This document shows positions 13,111 to 24,781 of a stretch of 64,000 bases of DNA, one piece after another. A program made the translations under genes and the position numbers. The stretch is from Lophium mytilinum (lineage: Eukaryota), in NCBI GenBank assembly GCA_010093605.1, contig MU004194.1, forward strand, positions 1,030,323 through 1,094,322, written 5' to 3'. Below the pieces are notes generated by a model that saw only the letters and a program-made list of their open reading frames with translations, was not told where the DNA came from and did no database searches. The number at the start of each line of letters is the position of its first letter. Within the stretch, counting starts at the first letter, position 1.

Positions 13111-13732
13111 CGGTCGACGCTATTGATGACTAGTATAAATGAGGCTGCAATCATCAGCAGGACTTGCTGGACTTCACGTCGTGGTGATATCATGAGCAAA
13201 CTCTAATTTGGTCGATACTTCCGCTATCCCAAAGAATACTGTTGACTTGCAAGTGTCTGCTCCCTACTGAGACCTTGATTGGTGAGAAATTCTCCCAACC
13301 AAATAAATCATATCAAGAACTCGTATACCCTGCTATGTTTCTTTTACTTCACGTCGAGTACGTAAATAATGCCCGCTATACGTTTTGTGAGCCCTTTTCT
13401 TCCAAAACACTCCTCTTCTACCGTGTTTAGAACCAGTCATACCTCTACGAAACGACCTCAACGATCATCGGCTTCTCGCACCATGTCTCCTCTATGTACA
13501 TTGTTTATATATCATTCACATCGTTTACATACGCGACAGGTTTCACTTCCACAGCAGTGAAGTGAATGTCCATGATGCGCAACGGGACTACACAATGAAG
13601 GGGAAGATTCACTTTTGCTAGCGGATGAAAAGTCCTTCGCATGCGCTCCTCGAATCTTCACCAAATTCCAGAACTGACCCCCCCAACAGCAGTACCAAGT
13701 CATAGGTCACACGACGTCCCCGGTTGCCAAGG

Positions 13733-14479
13733 ATGGATATACCTCTGATCATCCTCCCTGCATACCTTCAAGAGCGTGTCCAGCGGCTGCCGTCATTGCA
13801 CATCAGCCCTTCCGAGATGGAGGAATCGGTCCGCCCATGCGCTCCAGCCAACGGAAGCCTGTACCATATCCTCCGATGTGGTCACAAGATCCGAACTACT
13901 GAGCCGCAGCCTTGTGGCCAGAATTGCAGGATCTTTTTTGGTAAGCCTGAGTTCTGCTGCCGTCGCTGCGTAGAGAAAGAAGTTCGTCAAACTCTTGCGA
14001 TTGGCGGTGAACTGGCAGTTCCTGAAGAAGAAGTACAGGAAGAGGTGAATTGGGCCATCCAGACTGACCTAGGCCTGTGTGGGAAGCGCGCCGCAGAGAC
14101 GGTCACCTACCGTGACCCGGTCGAGGACTACTATCGCGACCGCTTCTTCCCTGAGCTTGCTGCCGAAGACTACGAATCAACTGAGATGCAAGGCGTTGAG
14201 CGTAGGTATCGGCGAACTTCGGCTCGTGTTGAGCCTTGGAATCCTGAAATCTGGAATCGTTTTCATCAACGTGACCAGAACGGACAAACTCGCCGACGTC
14301 GGTATACGTTGGCGCCGGCTGTTTCTGATGTTCTCGTCGATGACTTGACCGAAGACCTCCGACAGCTCGAGGCTACAGTGCGCGATGAAGCACAGGATCA
14401 TGAAATCGATGTGATTGACAACTTGCTTGGCCATCTCCAGGCTGGAGAGTCGAGCCCAGACGCTGAGACGTCGCGATAG
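13733..14479 (+). CDS. Orphan Cys/His zinc-motif protein, paralog 2
   Basis: Start MDIPLIILPAYLQE; motif CAPANGSLYHILRCGHKIRT..PCGQNC..FCCRRC. Shares YRDP.ED.YRD, RTSAR..PWNPEIW and RRYTLAP with paralog 1. Confidence 0.78.
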   Translation: MDIPLIILPAYLQERVQRLPSLHISPSEMEESVRPCAPANGSLYHILRCGHKIRTTEPQPCGQNCRIFFGKPEFCCRRCVEKEVRQTLAIGGELAVPEEEVQEEVNWAIQTDLGLCGKRAAETVTYRDPVEDYYRDRFFPELAAEDYESTEMQGVERRYRRTSARVEPWNPEIWNRFHQRDQNGQTRRRRYTLAPAVSDVLVDDLTEDLRQLEATVRDEAQDHEIDVIDNLLGHLQAGESSPDAETSR

Positions 14480-15889
14480 GTAAGCCCAGACGTGACTTGC
14501 TAGTAGTCTCGTTTTCAGAGCTTAGCTTCTATGACGCGGAGTCTTGAGCATTTCTCGATGCAGCGGCTATTAACTACGGAGACACTGAAGCTGTTTTCTT
14601 GGGCGATGGACGTCTTGTGAACGGTATGTGGAGTAGGTATAAGGATATTTCTCCCCTAGAATAGCTAGATCTTGATCAGCGAGAAACTCTCCTGATCGAA
14701 CCAATGAAGGCCCCTCCCCCAAATATGAAATTTGCTATTGGTCATCGAGAGCCGTTCTGTCATGATGTGCAATCTAATCACAAAATTTAGGGAGACTTCC
14801 ACTGTTGCTGATAGAGAAGAGGAGCTGCAGATAGCGAAATGGCATGGAGGAATGAGGTAGACCGGCGGTAAACGTAAAGTCCGCCGAATTAGATAAGAAC
14901 GCGCTTTGTTTCCTAAACATCTACTCTTCAAACAAATGAAAGCCCGGGATCCCCTTCTGCCCGCAATATCAATTTCTTCTCAAGAGAAATCCTGGCCTAA
15001 GTGCCATTTGACCAACAGTGAAGATTAACGAGTAGATCAGCCCCCTTTCTGTGACGTATCTGTACAGATATCTGCACATTGTCACTCAGGGCATGAAAAG
15101 GTGGCACTCTCATCTTGGACACGCCATGATGGATGTATACACGTGCATGCCACTGTTTGGGTTGCCTCACCGCATTTCCGGAAACCTGAGCTACTTTACT
15201 ATGGACTTCATGAATACTAGCTGAAGTACTTCAAACAGTGGCAGACAAGTGTACATAGAACAGAGTAGTGAAGAGTGTGCCAGATACTTCTTAAACAAGA
15301 GTGACTGTCTCGCTACCGTCCATGGGTGCTTCAACACACTTCAAGATATTGGAAAAACCTAGAGCGTCACCGTTCCAAGTAGTTCGTGAAATCGTTAAGG
15401 CACTGCCACGGAAGGCAAGCAACTGTTGTTCAGCGCCGTTCGATTGGCGTCCTGAACTTCTTGACATCTTTTGCCAACGCTTGGAGATGGTCTCCATCAC
15501 CCAGCGCAGGAATGAGCATTGTAAAGAGATGATGAGAAGCACTGACCAGACGCTATAAACCATCTCTACTTCACCCTAGATCACTAACAAACGCGGTGAA
15601 TGCCTGACAGCGTCCTAACCCCACGTCACGTCACATGTCCACCGCCCGATATAAATTCATAACAACGCGGCCTTTTCAACCCGCCATTTCGCAACTACAA
15701 ATCTCCCACGGCGCAGACTCACAACCATCATTCACCAAGCTCCATTTCGCCGCAAATCGCACACTAAGCAATCGCACGCGACCCATTCACCCACCATCAG
15801 TTCGCCGCGAACCGCGCACTGAGCACTCTCAGGTAAGCAGCTATCCAAAACACTCCACAAACCGCACTACCAAAGCAGCCACCGCAACC

Positions 15890-16669
15890 ATGTCCCGCCG
15901 AGTCCCGTGGCGCTACCGCCTCTTCGACCCCCCCTCCGAACCAACCACCCCCGCTCCATCACCAGAACATCCCACCGCCCCCCTCTCCCTCGAGCAGTTG
16001 GCCGCCAATGTCGCGCCCTGCATCCCAGACTCTCCGTACCATCTCCTCGCCTGCGGCCACAAGATCCGCACCCCCACTTCTATGTCCTGCGGCAAGAACT
16101 GCCAGCAGCCCGGCGACTTGGAGGAGTTCTTCTGCGCGCGCTGCTTCACAGAACCTTTGTTGGAGGGTTATATGTCTGAGGAAATGGTGAAGGCGCGGCT
16201 CGCGCGGGCAGTGGCGGAGGATTGTGGGTTGTACAAGATGCGGGAGTGTGAGGCCGTGCAAGACAGGGAGGGGATAGATGACCTTATGGCTGAGATGTTT
16301 GGGGAGGAGTACGAGAAGGCGGAGGAGGAGGCTAAGAAGGAGGAAGGGAAGGTGAGGAAGCGGCCGGGTCGGGGGTCCACTGTGAGGACAGAGGAGAAGG
16401 AGGGGACGGAGAGGAAGCGGCCGGGTCGTGGGGCAAGGATGCCGCAGCGTCCGATGATGAAGATAGAAGAGGCCGAGGAGAATACAGGCGGTGAATTGGG
16501 CCGGACGGCGGGGACAGCTGCGTTATCTGATGAACTTGCGAGGCTTCCCGGGCGGGATCAGCTGGATGGAGGAAGAGATCGAGCCCGCTCTGCGTCGCCT
16601 GTTCATGAGGGTGTTCGACGCCGTCGCTCCCGATCCCCGCTTCCGAGGCGTAAAGAGACTGAAGACTAA
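15890..16669 (+). CDS. Orphan Cys/His zinc-motif protein, paralog 3 (basic/RS-rich tail)
   Basis: ATG at 15890 (MSRRVPWRY); motif CIPDSPYHLLACGHKIRT..SCGKNC..FFCARC; duplicated RKRPGRG; C-terminal RRRRSRSPLPRR. Confidence 0.72.
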   Translation: MSRRVPWRYRLFDPPSEPTTPAPSPEHPTAPLSLEQLAANVAPCIPDSPYHLLACGHKIRTPTSMSCGKNCQQPGDLEEFFCARCFTEPLLEGYMSEEMVKARLARAVAEDCGLYKMRECEAVQDREGIDDLMAEMFGEEYEKAEEEAKKEEGKVRKRPGRGSTVRTEEKEGTERKRPGRGARMPQRPMMKIEEAEENTGGELGRTAGTAALSDELARLPGRDQLDGGRDRARSASPVHEGVRRRRSRSPLPRRKETED

Positions 16670-17074
16670 TTCTGGTAATTTGGCATATGGGCGAATAAGG
16701 AGAAATTGTTGGTAAAGGGAGAAGATTGCCCGAAAGGGGCCTTTGACTCGTTGTATGATAGTGTTGGAAGAATGCAGCTCCATATCAGAAGCCTGAACAT
16801 ATGCCCTTTGAAAAACCTTTTGCCACCGTTTGAAGTGCCCTCATATGTTTCTATGACTTGAGTATGATGCAAAGATTGATGAAGTCGTTTTCCGGCTACC
16901 TTTTGATCGAAAGCTCATAAACTAGCTAGGAACCTCCTTATAGTCGTGTCGAGCGTTCAAAGATGGAGGTTGAGTAGTAAGATATCCGTGTGACGAAGGC
17001 ACCGTATGCATGTACGAAGTGCAATTCGACATGCAGATAGACTGGACTGCATTTTGGTCAACCTACTGCCTCAT

Positions 17075-17425
17075 ATTCGCCGCCGCTTGGGGTACCCCCA
17101 TAGGTTTTAAAGAATCTAAACATGATGTTAATGTCGACGCTGCATGACTCGGATTATAATTTTCAGAGAATAGCTACCCGCTGGCGGGGCCATCCTGACA
17201 GTGGTATCGCGGGAGCAAGAGTGGAGCTTGAGTAGTGGAATATGCGCTCGCCTACATTTCAAGCCTGTTCTCACGTTATAAAAGTTTAGAACAGTGTAAA
17301 TCGCACTACCTCTTGACTGGTTTACTACCTGAGAGCTGAGCTACTCCTAACACTGGCGTCGAATAAGCAAGGGCAGAGTCTCACTAGTATGAACTCGGTA
17401 TGCCCGAACTTATGAAGTAGTACTG
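17075..17425 (-). mobile_element. Degenerate copy or copies of the ~220-bp MITE family
   Basis: Contains gcttggggtacccc, ctacctcttgactgg, gctactcctaacactgg and ends gtatgcccgaacttatgaagtagtactg, matching the reverse complement of the 56023-56238 and 37058-37509 elements. Confidence 0.6.
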
Positions 17426-17657
17426 TGCCGTGAAACAGATAGGTTATAAAGAGAACGCGTAGAGGTCAAAGAATCTAATGACGCCTTGACCAATCCTTTC
17501 ACCATTGTGACGGCACTACATCGCTTACATTAGCCGCAAGACCTGTTCTGTTGAGATCGAACCTACTTTGTAGAGCTTCCGCGACCTTCGCTAAACCTTT
17601 CCTCACTCTTATACCAACAACAACCGACGTAACAAACGCCACAGCCTACCCTCAACA

Positions 17658-19556
17658 ATGACTTCCCCCAAGAGCGCACACAAATTCGATCCCAACTTCT
17701 CCAAACGCGACGCAGAAGATGGCCCTCCAGCCACACCGGCCTCCGAGCTCTTCCCCAGCGGCTGGGCCACCACTTTCGGGGACAACCTTCACGCATTCAA
17801 TCCGTCGCCGTTGGACCTAGGCGCCGCGGGCAGTGAACTCCACCACCGAACTAGCTCGGAACAGTACCATGTCACCCATGAAGAAAACACTTCTGATCCT
17901 GGAGACCCGATGGACATGACGGACGAGGAAGATTCAGGAATGCTAGCTAGTGGCGAGGACTCTTCTAGCTATGACGAGGAGACGACGTCTGCGCTACCGG
18001 CACCGGCGGGTGCACAGCACGGCAGTCCCGTTGATGACGGTCTTTGGGCGGCTGGGACGGAGGATCAGCCTATTGAACTCGATTCTGAAGACGAGTCTGA
18101 TGGCAACCTTGCCGGCGATGTTGATGAGAATCAGCCTATCGAGATCAATTCTGACGACGATTTTGAAGAGGGCCAGCCTATTGAACTCGATTCTGCCGAC
18201 GGGGCTGATGGAAATCCTGCCATCAACATTGATGAGGATCAGCTTATGGAGTTCTATTCTGACGACGACGATGCTGACTGGGATCAACCTGAGAAACTGT
18301 ATTCTGGCCCCGAGTCTGATGAGGAATCTGATGGCGAGTTGGAAGAGGCATCTGAGGGCGACTTGGTTGAGGAAAATAACGGCGAGTTGGATCAGGAGCC
18401 TGATTCATCAACCATGCTCGCCGACGGCACGGCTGCGGCTGTTATGGATTCAGTTGAGGTCCAAGACGCCGTCGTGCTGGAGACAGATACTCAAGAGGAT
18501 GTTACTTCCAGCGAAGAAGCTACCAGTGAGCCGGAATCTCTCGCCCTCACTGAGATCCCCGGACCAACCACCACCACCCACAAGCCTAAGCAATTCCGGC
18601 TCCGCTGCGATATGGGCCAGTGCATCCATATCTTGCGCTGCGGCCATGCAGTAGTCGCCATCGACCCTTCCGACGGATGGATATGTGGAAAAAATTGCAT
18701 CAGGAAACAAAACCGGTCCAGCGTCAAGGGAGAGTTTGGTTGCCGTCTATGCCTTCGACTGAACAATGGGCATGCGGTATCTTGGTATCTCCACCGACTA
18801 GACGACCTGCTACTGCCCCGCTACGTCCCGGCGGACGAGCCCAAGAAGATGGCGAAGTACCGGCTGACCGAGATCGTTTTTCTGGTGAGCGACAGCGATG
18901 TCTTCCCGCGAGCCATTCGCGCGCCGCCCAACACAGGCGTGATCCGAACACCGCTGAGTAAGGAGGAGCTTGCCTTCGACGTTGCTGGCGCTACAGTCAT
19001 CGCGGCGGATACGCTGAAGAATATCGGCGACATACGCTCAGCCGTCTCAGTAGCTGCGACGAGAGAGCACCAGCGATACGAGAAGGCTAAGAAGGCGGCC
19101 CGCACATTACAGCCGCGTGTCGACCTCAAAGCCAGAGAAGAACTGATCTCTCAGATCGAGCACTTCAGCAACCAGTTGGAGCTCGAAGTTGCTCCTGACA
19201 GGCCTGCGGGCTGGGGAGCCAAGATGACGGCGTGCTATATCTTTGAGCTTGTCGAGTATGGGACGAAGCTGTCGCTGTTTCCGGTAGATGTTGTGATGGC
19301 CGCTTGCATCGTCACGGGGTTCGAGAGGCTACAGTTTGAGGTCGCAGGCGTGTTCGCAGGCGCGTCGATCGTTAAAGTCTGCGAGTTGATGCAATGCAAG
19401 GTGGATGAGGTTGAGGCCGCAATGATAGCTCTCAAGGAAGCCTTGTATTGCAGAGCTGTCACCTGGGCTGGTTATATTCCACGCTCATTCAAGCGGACGA
19501 CGTCGCAGCAGGAGGTTTTGGTGTGGATTGCTAAGGAGATGTTCCCGAAGGTGTAG
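17658..19556 (+). CDS. Cys/His zinc-motif paralog 4: acidic SIM-like repeats, zinc motif, TFIIB/cyclin-like C-terminus
   Basis: 632-aa ORF with repeated QPIELDS/QPIEINS in an acidic region, motif CDMGQCIHILRCGH..ICGKNC..FGCRLC, and helical C-terminus IEHFSNQLEL...VVMAACI...VCELMQCKVDEV...GYIPRSF. Confidence 0.75.
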   Translation: MTSPKSAHKFDPNFSKRDAEDGPPATPASELFPSGWATTFGDNLHAFNPSPLDLGAAGSELHHRTSSEQYHVTHEENTSDPGDPMDMTDEEDSGMLASGEDSSSYDEETTSALPAPAGAQHGSPVDDGLWAAGTEDQPIELDSEDESDGNLAGDVDENQPIEINSDDDFEEGQPIELDSADGADGNPAINIDEDQLMEFYSDDDDADWDQPEKLYSGPESDEESDGELEEASEGDLVEENNGELDQEPDSSTMLADGTAAAVMDSVEVQDAVVLETDTQEDVTSSEEATSEPESLALTEIPGPTTTTHKPKQFRLRCDMGQCIHILRCGHAVVAIDPSDGWICGKNCIRKQNRSSVKGEFGCRLCLRLNNGHAVSWYLHRLDDLLLPRYVPADEPKKMAKYRLTEIVFLVSDSDVFPRAIRAPPNTGVIRTPLSKEELAFDVAGATVIAADTLKNIGDIRSAVSVAATREHQRYEKAKKAARTLQPRVDLKAREELISQIEHFSNQLELEVAPDRPAGWGAKMTACYIFELVEYGTKLSLFPVDVVMAACIVTGFERLQFEVAGVFAGASIVKVCELMQCKVDEVEAAMIALKEALYCRAVTWAGYIPRSFKRTTSQQEVLVWIAKEMFPKV

Positions 19557-20281
19557 GATAGTGATGTGAAGTACAGCCTTAAGAAGGAGCACTGATGGCT
19601 GAACGGAACGGTCCGAGAAATGTGTGAAATCCAGACGGTGATAGAATCCTTGAATAAGAAGACAATATATAAAATCCTCGTCAGTAAAGCAGTCAAGACC
19701 CGGGAATCATAGGCAGAGCTCGTTGGCTTGACCCCCCTATGTGAATTGAACTTACCTGAGGCAGCGGCTACAGGCACCGGTATCGCCTTGAGACATCCTC
19801 GGGTCCCGAAACGTGTTCTACGCGGCAACTTCAAGAATAGCGCTTCGTAAATTGTCCGTAAGGGATAGTGGTAGGCAGATTAGGAGAAAATGACTGCATG
19901 CCATGAGTTGGTAGGTCTTGATGAGACGGCTGCGCATAAGAATATCGTTCTTGAGACAACCCACGCCGTACCGATAATTGCAACTTGACACTTCCTAACG
20001 ACAGCGGGTTGCTAACGGGGAAGGAGAACATGGACCCCGGATGCTAAGGGTTCGTAGAGATATCATGAATCAACAGTGTCTACGAAGAAGATTGCGCGAG
20101 ATGATGCAGAGTCTCAATCACACTGGGAACTACTATACTAATGCACTCGAAAATGTCAGAAGTTCGTGTTCGTCAACTAGGAGATTAGGAAATGGAAAAC
20201 GTGATTATATCTTCTAACATCTAGAGCAAGTTGGAGATGAATTTTAGCACTTAACGCATCACCAATAGGTGTTTCGAAGTA

Positions 20282-20506
20282 CTGTAAGTGGCCACAAGCC
20301 TGTGCACCATTGTTTGCTATTACTTAGGTGGCCTCATGGAGCTTCAACACTGTAGGCGCTAAATCAAGTTTCAAGCAGTGCAACTTGAGTTGTGTTCAAT
20401 TGATTAGCTTCCTGGGAACGCGTCGCTCCTGACAATTACGTCTAGGTTCCAAGATGGCACTTCAGCAGTGGTATATAGGTGCGCCTAGACTTGAGGTGTA
20501 GCACTA
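20282..20506 (-). mobile_element. Degenerate MITE copy immediately downstream of the nitrilase stop
   Basis: Starts ta-ctgtaagtggccacaagcctgtgcac, contains ttcaagcagtgca, ends gtgcgcctagacttgaggtgtagcacta. Same length and termini as the family. Confidence 0.6.
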
Positions 20507-20511
20507 CAAGA

Positions 20512-21858
20512 TCAAGGTGGAGGATTCAGGTCTAGCCCTTCAACGTGGAGCTTAAAGGCATCATTCCTGGAGTAAGACCCCGCAACGTCAAGGTCCAGTC
20601 GGCCACGCTCACAGTCTTCGAAGTCTGCCTCGACAACCAAAAGCTTGCCATCGGTGACTTCCCAGAGTGGGCCAGCGAGTACCTCACCCAGTGGTGACAC
20701 GATACACGACCCACCTCTACAAAGGAACTCTTCATCGTCTGTACTAGCGCCGTAGCTTTTCGAAGAGATCGAACCCGTGGGACTGGCTTTAGGAAGAGGC
20801 CATGATATTTGATGATGTTCGGCAGTCTCCGTGATGATCGACTTTCTCCTACCTAGTGGCCCTCCATCACCCTCTTCATCAAATACCGATGGCGGATGGC
20901 TGGTTTGAACACCGTTCTCCTTTGGAGAGACCGAATCGTCTTGTTCTTCGGCATCCTTCTCGACGATTGGCCAACAAATTTCATGCTTATCCTCCGTGAA
21001 AGTGACTGTAGATCGTCTTCGACGGTGTGATGGGAGGACCTCGGTGCTTCGAGGTGGTTCGTTTTTGTGTGGAGTGGCAGTGGTCCCTTGGACCCACGGT
21101 GGTAGATGCTTCCTCTTAACACATTGATTAGCACTTAGCACGAATGCCCTGCTCTCGCATCCCACCGTCTGCATGAGTGGTAACCAGGTATCCCGCGCGT
21201 CGGCTGTTGGTGCCAGATACAGATTGACATTTTGTGAATAGAGACTATGTCGGAGGAGTGGCATGTAGTTCTCCCAACAGATTGCAGCAGCCAGCGTCAA
21301 CTTGACTCCCTGGATTGTTGTTGTGACGGCGCGTAGAGTACTCGGGCTTCCCTGTGCCCAGATCAACCTTTCAGATCCTGTTGGCATGACCTTCCTCCTC
21401 TTTCCGAGCACTCCGTAACGTGGACACACGTATACAACGCCGCAGTATAGGCTGCCTCCTGCTTTCTCGACGAGACCAGTGACGATGAAGACGCCGGTCT
21501 CTCGGGCTATCCTTTCCAGCTCTTCCCGGGTCCCATCTCCCCTATATTTTGTGTCCTTCGCTACGGGAAGCTTCTTGTCTACCCAATCGTCTCCAGCGCC
21601 GACTGGTGTGTCTCCGAGATCGACTGCAGCATGGAAGTATTGGAGGAATTGTTCGCGTCCGATGGGGTCTCTAGCTCCCACTGAAGCACCGAAGCTGCAG
21701 GTTCGCGGGTATCCGCCGAGGTAGGCTTCGGGAAATAGGACCAGATGGACGCCGGATTGTGATGCTGAGCGCGTTGTCTCTTCAAGAGCGTGGAGAGTGT
21801 CGACGGTAGAGGACAGAGTTCGGGCTTGGGCTACTGCGAGTTTCAATTTTTGAGGCAT
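20512..21858 (-). CDS. Nitrilase / carbon-nitrogen hydrolase
   Basis: Triad motifs LVLFPEAYL (E), [15 protein letters not shown] (K), AICWENYMP (C); C-terminal [14 protein letters not shown] at 21858. Confidence 0.92.
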   Translation of the reverse strand: MPQKLKLAVAQARTLSSTVDTLHALEETTRSASQSGVHLVLFPEAYLGGYPRTCSFGASVGARDPIGREQFLQYFHAAVDLGDTPVGAGDDWVDKKLPVAKDTKYRGDGTREELERIARETGVFIVTGLVEKAGGSLYCGVVYVCPRYGVLGKRRKVMPTGSERLIWAQGSPSTLRAVTTTIQGVKLTLAAAICWENYMPLLRHSLYSQNVNLYLAPTADARDTWLPLMQTVGCESRAFVLSANQCVKRKHLPPWVQGTTATPHKNEPPRSTEVLPSHRRRRSTVTFTEDKHEICWPIVEKDAEEQDDSVSPKENGVQTSHPPSVFDEEGDGGPLGRRKSIITETAEHHQISWPLPKASPTGSISSKSYGASTDDEEFLCRGGSCIVSPLGEVLAGPLWEVTDGKLLVVEADFEDCERGRLDLDVAGSYSRNDAFKLHVEGLDLNPPP

Positions 21859-22475
21859 TGTATCGTCAGAGTGATGCAAACTATCAGCTGAGTCTGGATA
21901 ATGGTAAGGTTGAGAAGTACGAGCTTCCGCTGATTGATGAAGAGACGGGTGAGTGAACGATTGAGTGCGGGGACAGCTTTGTCACTCTACCCTCACCAGT
22001 CGCAATCGGGGTGCCAATATATCCACTAACTCACCAACCGCCATACCCGCACACAAGACTGGAAAGGAAGCTCTGTGAGCTGAGGGTATGCACATAGCTC
22101 ACGAGGTTGAACTGCAATGCCTCGAAGGTTGATTCCGCCTTGCTAAAAGTAGGGAGGAGCTAGCCCAAAACTGTCTACTGTTTCCGAGGCTTCTTTGACG
22201 CTTCAAGCTTCATTCCCCATTCGTCCCGTAACCTTGGTCGTTTATTCATGGTCCGCACCCTGGTCTCGTATATGAGTGTCATATGATTCTGCAAAGAGTG
22301 TGTCTAGAGGATGGCGTGGATGGCTAGAGTGACGCTATAGTACTGCGCCTCCACATTCCTTGTCTGCAGCGGGAACACAAGACAGGTGCCAGTATAAGAG
22401 AAGCCAGAATCCGAGGCGATTTGCTTGCAGTAAGAGGCCTCTTGCGACCGAAGATTCTTGTCATCTAGAATTACA

Positions 22476-23165
22476 ATGGCTGGCAAGGGCGAGTATGTAG
22501 ATGTCACCAAGCAGACCGAGGACTATGTCGACGTCACAACGGCACCACCGGCATATAATGAGCCTAGTGAAGCGGAAGGGTCGACTTCTGAGAGCAGGGC
22601 CTATATTGACGCTTTGAAAGCAGATGCCAAAGGGAAGGAACATGGGTAGGTGGTCCGGCTGAGAAGGAACAGGCGTTCACAGTTATTTTACTGTTTCATC
22701 TCGCTAACCTCACTATTCCTCAGGCAAACTCTAAGAGAATCATCGAAAGAAAGCTCGTCGAAAGCTGAACTATCAATCGCCGAAGAAGTAGCATTAGACA
22801 TCCGCTCCCTAGACGTCGGCGACCCGAATGAGTCCATTTCAGTGCCCATGATTTTGTCCACCGAGAAGCGCTCTTTTAAGTCTTTCATCAAGGGAAGAAG
22901 CGGCGAAATTTCTCAGCAAGTCATTGTGCGAAAGATGACGCGAGAACATTACAAGAAGTTCTATGCCAAAGATAAGAACGGTAATTACATCGGCACCGAG
23001 AAGGCAGCTCCGGACGCTGGACTGGTATTCGTGCCGTCCAAAAGCACATCGGAGGATATCTTGGAGCAAGTGAAGAAGGTTGCGTTTGGGAAGGAGCATT
23101 ATATTGATGGCTTTGGGGGTGCTTACGGTTATGGAGGAGCCGGAGGTGCGTACGCGGCTATGTAG
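22476..23165 (+). CDS. Hypothetical protein (two exons)
   Basis: ATG at 22476 (MAGKGEYVDV) and an intron ending CTAAC...CAG at about 22723 join to the ORF VIVRKMTREHYKKFYAKDKNGNYIGTE. Confidence 0.65.
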
Positions 23166-24781
23166 ACTCCGGGCGAATAGTGAATATGTTTCTAAACGCC
23201 GTCTCAGATGCTTGAATTCGCTGGGCTACTATGATTCTCATCCCGAATGGAACGATAGTCTGTTAGCGGATATAAGAGCGTTCAAGACGCCTATTATCCA
23301 ACGGGACGCCTCGAGAAGACCCTGCTGGCGCAACATGCCCCAACTCCAGGGCCCATTCATCGAGCGTCCTATCCTATAGTTTCATCAGCTTCATTGGCGT
23401 CACCAGAAACATGACTGTCGTGTCCCCTTTCCACTCTCGTGCTTTCGGCGCCATACTTGTTTGTCCTTGGCCTCAACAGTATTGCGATACTGCCTCCTCT
23501 GATGATCAAGAAACGCCACAAATGTGTTTCATTGAGCCTTGAGTTTTCAATGTAGCTAAGTAGTCATAGCTCACTGCCCGCCAGGTTTATTGTGGATAAG
23601 GTGTCGCATGACAGAGACCATAGTCCGTTGTGAAATCGCCATCCCTTCAATAACCCCAAGCCCACTCAGTCTCCTCAGACTAGCGGGCCTTACTTCTTGG
23701 AGGAGACGTCTATTTTCATGCATGTAGACTAGAGAAGATATCTGTTACGCAGGACGGACAATGGTAGGTAGCAATCGGTAGCTTTCAGAAGCCCCATCCA
23801 TTTATTTTATATGAGGTTCTCACGTATAGGAAGCAGCTACAACCGCTTCTTTCTCTATTCTCTAGCTTTCTCATACATTTTTGGGCACACCATAAGTCTA
23901 AATTGTAGACGGGCTGAGCCCGCGGACGGCTGACGGCAGTGATGGCTCAATTTAAGACCTACCTCTGCGCTTTTCGCAGGCTCGCACGATATCAGCCACC
24001 GCCGTCTTGAGGATCCGAACGATCAATTGGTGGCGTCCATTTGATTTTGTTCAGAGAGACGATTCTTTTGTGTAACGATTGCCGAAAAGGAATCATGGAG
24101 ATAATCAGTTGCGAGTAGTGCCTCGTCGCAGTATATCTGAAACCCCTCTTGAGTTGACCGGTGAAGCATGGGTCTCGTATTCGGTCCACGTACTGTCCCA
24201 TTTACACCTACAGAGAGGCGACACTCTGCGGGACATCAAGATGGAGGTCCACGATAGATATTCTCCTGTTGCTCCTATTATTACGCCGAAGTGACCGGCA
24301 CAACTTGCACCCCCACGCGCCTAACAGAGCCCATGCAGCCGACATAGACCTTCACCGGCTTCTAGAAACAACGGATGGCGTTTTGCGTGGAGCGGCACGC
24401 AACGGACTCGAACCCCTGGTGAGGAAGAGTGCGGCAGATCAGCAGATGCCCCTGGCGTGGCACTGTGCATCGCGGGGCGCTCCGAAAAACGTGTCTCGGA
24501 TCCCCCCCCAAACCTCACCGTAGCCAGCCACCACCTCAACCACCTTCCCAAGTCATCTCCGTTCACACCACGCTTGAGCTCACCGCACCGAAGTTGAAGC
24601 GAGTTTTCAATAGATGAAGACGGCAGACGCGGCGCCATCTATCTCTCGCCTCCGGCACTTGTCTGATCTTCTACATATGGAACACTTCAGGCAGCTAACA
24701 TAGCCGCGCCGCTATCATATATCTGGATTCAACGCCGCCTGTAGCTCCTCTCTAGGGCTGCCACAATGCATAAGGCGAAGA

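Noticed and set aside
15635..15889. N-terminal extension of paralog 3 from the track ORF
   Set aside because: Contains a TATA-like element (tataaa at about 15650) and a C/A-rich leader; the ATG at 15890 is in better context, so this is probably promoter/UTR.
23870..23905. Further MITE copy (ttgggcacac / cataagtcta words)
   Set aside because: Only two short TIR-like words in the wrong order, with no body similarity.
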